Assembly (NCBI GenBank): GCA_018396875.1
Contig: JAGTQG010000002.1
Span: 3,638 to 67,637, forward strand
Direction: 5' to 3'
Source of the DNA: Candidatus Bathyarchaeota archaeon
Lineage (GTDB): Archaea; Thermoproteota; Bathyarchaeia; Bathyarchaeales; Bathycorpusculaceae
DNA: 64,000 nucleotides
Both the position numbers and the translations under genes were made by a program. The notes beneath the pieces were generated by a model. The model was not told the DNA's origin. It saw only the letters and a list, made by a program, of their open reading frames with translations, and did not search any database. This document shows positions 63,902 through 64,000 of this stretch, piece by piece; the stretch's first letter is position 1, and each line of letters starts with the position of its first letter.

Positions 63902-64000
63902 ATGCCAAAACTTGAGAAAGGCCTCGTGCAAGTTTACACCGGAGACGGGAAAGGCAAAACTTCAGCCGCCTTCGGGCTAGCCCTAAGAGCTGTTGGAAGA
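63902..64000 (+). CDS. cobO: cob(I)yrinic acid a,c-diamide / cob(I)alamin adenosyltransferase (CobO/BtuR type), N-terminal fragment running off the window
   Basis: MPKLEKGLVQVYTGDGKGKTSAAFGLALRAVGR: the GxVxVYTGxGKGKT(S/T)AAxG P-loop is characteristic. Confidence 0.7.
   Translation, partial: MPKLEKGLVQVYTGDGKGKTSAAFGLALRAVGR

Noticed and set aside
1-64000. Looked for tRNA/rRNA genes, CRISPR repeats, transposases/integrases, toxin-antitoxin pairs and known defence genes.
   Set aside because: No intergenic region is long enough or shows cloverleaf-like or tandem-repeat structure. No ORF shows integrase, transposase, Cas or restriction-modification motifs. The only REase-like segment is the apparently inactivated N-domain of the long RpoH.

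Overview
Gene-dense archaeal chromosomal segment with about 80 CDS on both strands. Many neighbouring genes overlap by 1-20 nt, and TTG/GTG starts are frequent. I saw no rRNA, tRNA, CRISPR array, transposase or integrase. All calls rest on reading the ORF translations and motifs by eye, with no searches run, so start codons and functional names are provisional.

Lineage: the information-processing markers include an archaeal histone, ribosomal proteins eS25, eS17, eS1 and uS15, and proteasome beta. They also include separate Kae1 and Bud32 genes, Pcc1, a TFE-beta/RPC34-like protein, RpoH, archaeosine TGT and an aCPSF2-type beta-CASP nuclease. Together these suggest a TACK/Thermoproteota-type archaeon. 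Bathyarchaeia-like is only my guess.

Metabolic content:
- a four-subunit 2-oxoacid:ferredoxin oxidoreductase fused into one operon with an HdrA-MvhD fusion and a GltD/NfnB-like protein
- pxpABC 5-oxoprolinase
- an aminotransferase / glyoxylate-hydroxypyruvate reductase / glycerate 2-kinase trio
- nadC and NMNAT
- glmM and a glmU-like gene
- split methylmalonyl-CoA mutase with MeaB and a CobO fragment
- an nrdR-nrdD-nrdG operon
- TldD/PmbA
- CbiM plus a PDGLE protein, and CooT

Most notable observations:
1. A stand-alone RpoH/Rpo5 gene whose about 100-aa N-terminal extension looks like the Rpb5 N-terminal (restriction-endonuclease-fold) domain, which is normally considered eukaryote-specific.
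2. The tightly coupled gltD-like / hdrA-mvhD / OFOR six-gene operon, which has no hdrBC.
3. A bacterial-type NrdR repressor with a good NrdR box upstream of its own nrdRDG operon.
4. An orphan protein combining a helical N-terminus, a PH/GRAM-like domain and a zinc ribbon.
5. Several perfect palindromes and repeats in divergent intergenic regions.
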